Source: a virus
DNA length: 64,000 bases
Strand: one strand, 5' to 3'
IMG/VR virus record: IMGVR_UViG_3300012943_000002
Location: 1-64,000 of that record
Shown here: positions 63,309 through 64,000 of the stretch, piece after piece
How positions within the stretch are numbered: the first letter of the stretch is position 1
How the letters are laid out: every line of letters starts with the position of its first letter
Notes under the pieces: model-generated
Database searches by the model: none
What the model was told of the DNA's origin: nothing
The model's input: the letters and a program-made list of their open reading frames with translations, nothing else
Program-made: the position numbers and the translations under genes

Positions 63309-64000
63309 CTATATCTGTGTATTATCTTCTACAAAATGACGGTATTGAATAAATCCACGATAGTTTTTGCACCAACCTTCTGCCTTATCATCCATATATG
63401 CATCAGCTTGAAATTGACTCATTGAACTTTCAGAAGGATGAAATATACCTTTAACATTAGTTTCATATTCTTCATCGCTCATAACTCTTGCACAATGTTC
63501 AAAAGGACTAGCATGAAATGGTCTTTGTGCAATCATTCTATCATGTATTCCTATTAATCTTTCATAGCTAATTTCTTTCTCATCACCTACTACAGTATAT
63601 GAAGTTCTTGCAGCCATAGCTGTAGCTACTTTAACCTTATCTTTTTTCCATTCTTCTCCTACGCTATGACAATTACTACCAACTGTAGCTAATAGTTCTA
63701 CTATTTTATCTTCAAAAGGTATATGCCATTCACCGGCTTTTAACTGTTTAGGTTTACTTTCATTCTGTGCATCCCATATAGCTTCTGCTAATGCCATCAT
63801 GTGTATTTCTGCCTGACCTGTATTATGAGATAAGGGAAATAATATAGGGTCTTCTATAGTTTCTCTTTCAAAATCATAATTCTTTAATACATCTTTCCAA
63901 CTTTTATAAGTTACTCCTTCAAAAGTATACTGTGGGCATCTCAACTCAAAGAAGTTCTCCCACTCTGTACCTGATATAAGTACTGTGTGCCACATAAAAG
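63309..64000 (-). CDS. thyX: FAD-dependent thymidylate synthase-like protein, 5' end beyond the window
   Basis: (F)MWHTV..TEWENFF.LRC, ARTSY and HASPFEHCA motifs of phage ThyX-like proteins; frame is open to the window edge. Confidence 0.8.
   Translation of the reverse strand, partial: FMWHTVLISGTEWENFFELRCPQYTFEGVTYKSWKDVLKNYDFERETIEDPILFPLSHNTGQAEIHMMALAEAIWDAQNESKPKQLKAGEWHIPFEDKIVELLATVGSNCHSVGEEWKKDKVKVATAMAARTSYTVVGDEKEISYERLIGIHDRMIAQRPFHASPFEHCARVMSDEEYETNVKGIFHPSESSMSQFQADAYMDDKAEGWCKNYRGFIQYRHFVEDNTQI

Larger units (their letters stand above)
1..64000. mobile_element. Segment of a crAss-like (Crassvirales-type) bacteriophage genome
   Basis: Order TerL-portal-acidic protein-MCP-conserved protein-ring protein, then muzzle and giant cargo proteins including an RNAP with a DxDxD motif. 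No host housekeeping genes, integrase or att site seen. Confidence 0.95.

Noticed and set aside
1-64000. Stop-codon reassignment (TAG or TGA), known in some crAss-like phages
   Set aside because: Very long ORFs are open in code 11, and TAG (15236, 63309), TGA and TAA all end genes at sensible boundaries.
1-64000. CRISPR array, tRNA or rRNA genes, integrase, transposase
   Set aside because: No spaced direct repeats, no cloverleaf-like sequence in the few short intergenic gaps, and no recombinase motifs seen.

Overview
This window is an AT-rich segment of a crAss-like bacteriophage (Crassvirales-type podovirus). The host is very likely Bacteroidota: starts are A-rich and lack a Shine-Dalgarno site, exported proteins have Gln at +1, and one PKD domain is Chitinophagaceae-style. 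The + strand (1-56662) carries the virion module in crAss order: DUF5675 putative endolysin, terminase, portal, acidic putative scaffold, major capsid, ring/auxiliary capsid/hub proteins, a variable fibre cassette, membrane/lysis genes, PD-(D/E)XK nuclease, HU/IHF-like and ring proteins, muzzle protein, and four large cargo proteins including a ~4,000-aa single-chain virion RNA polymerase. A bidirectional hairpin at ~56.7 kb separates this from a convergent - strand module (spanin-like protein, OMP-like protein, dUTPase, class II RNR, partial ThyX). Translation uses standard code 11. Most unusual: (1) seven consecutive genes in the fibre cassette (16676-24885), several with phage-fibre or depolymerase domains, all start with Sec or lipoprotein signal peptides, suggesting an exported fibre system; (2) one in-frame TAA splits the RNAP gene at 40111, and a hidden tail-hub-like gene at 13514 needs a -1 shift; (3) CCWGG is strongly avoided; (4) a cargo protein is punctuated by repeated AYGG motifs. 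All family calls come from motif recognition and synteny by eye; no searches were run.
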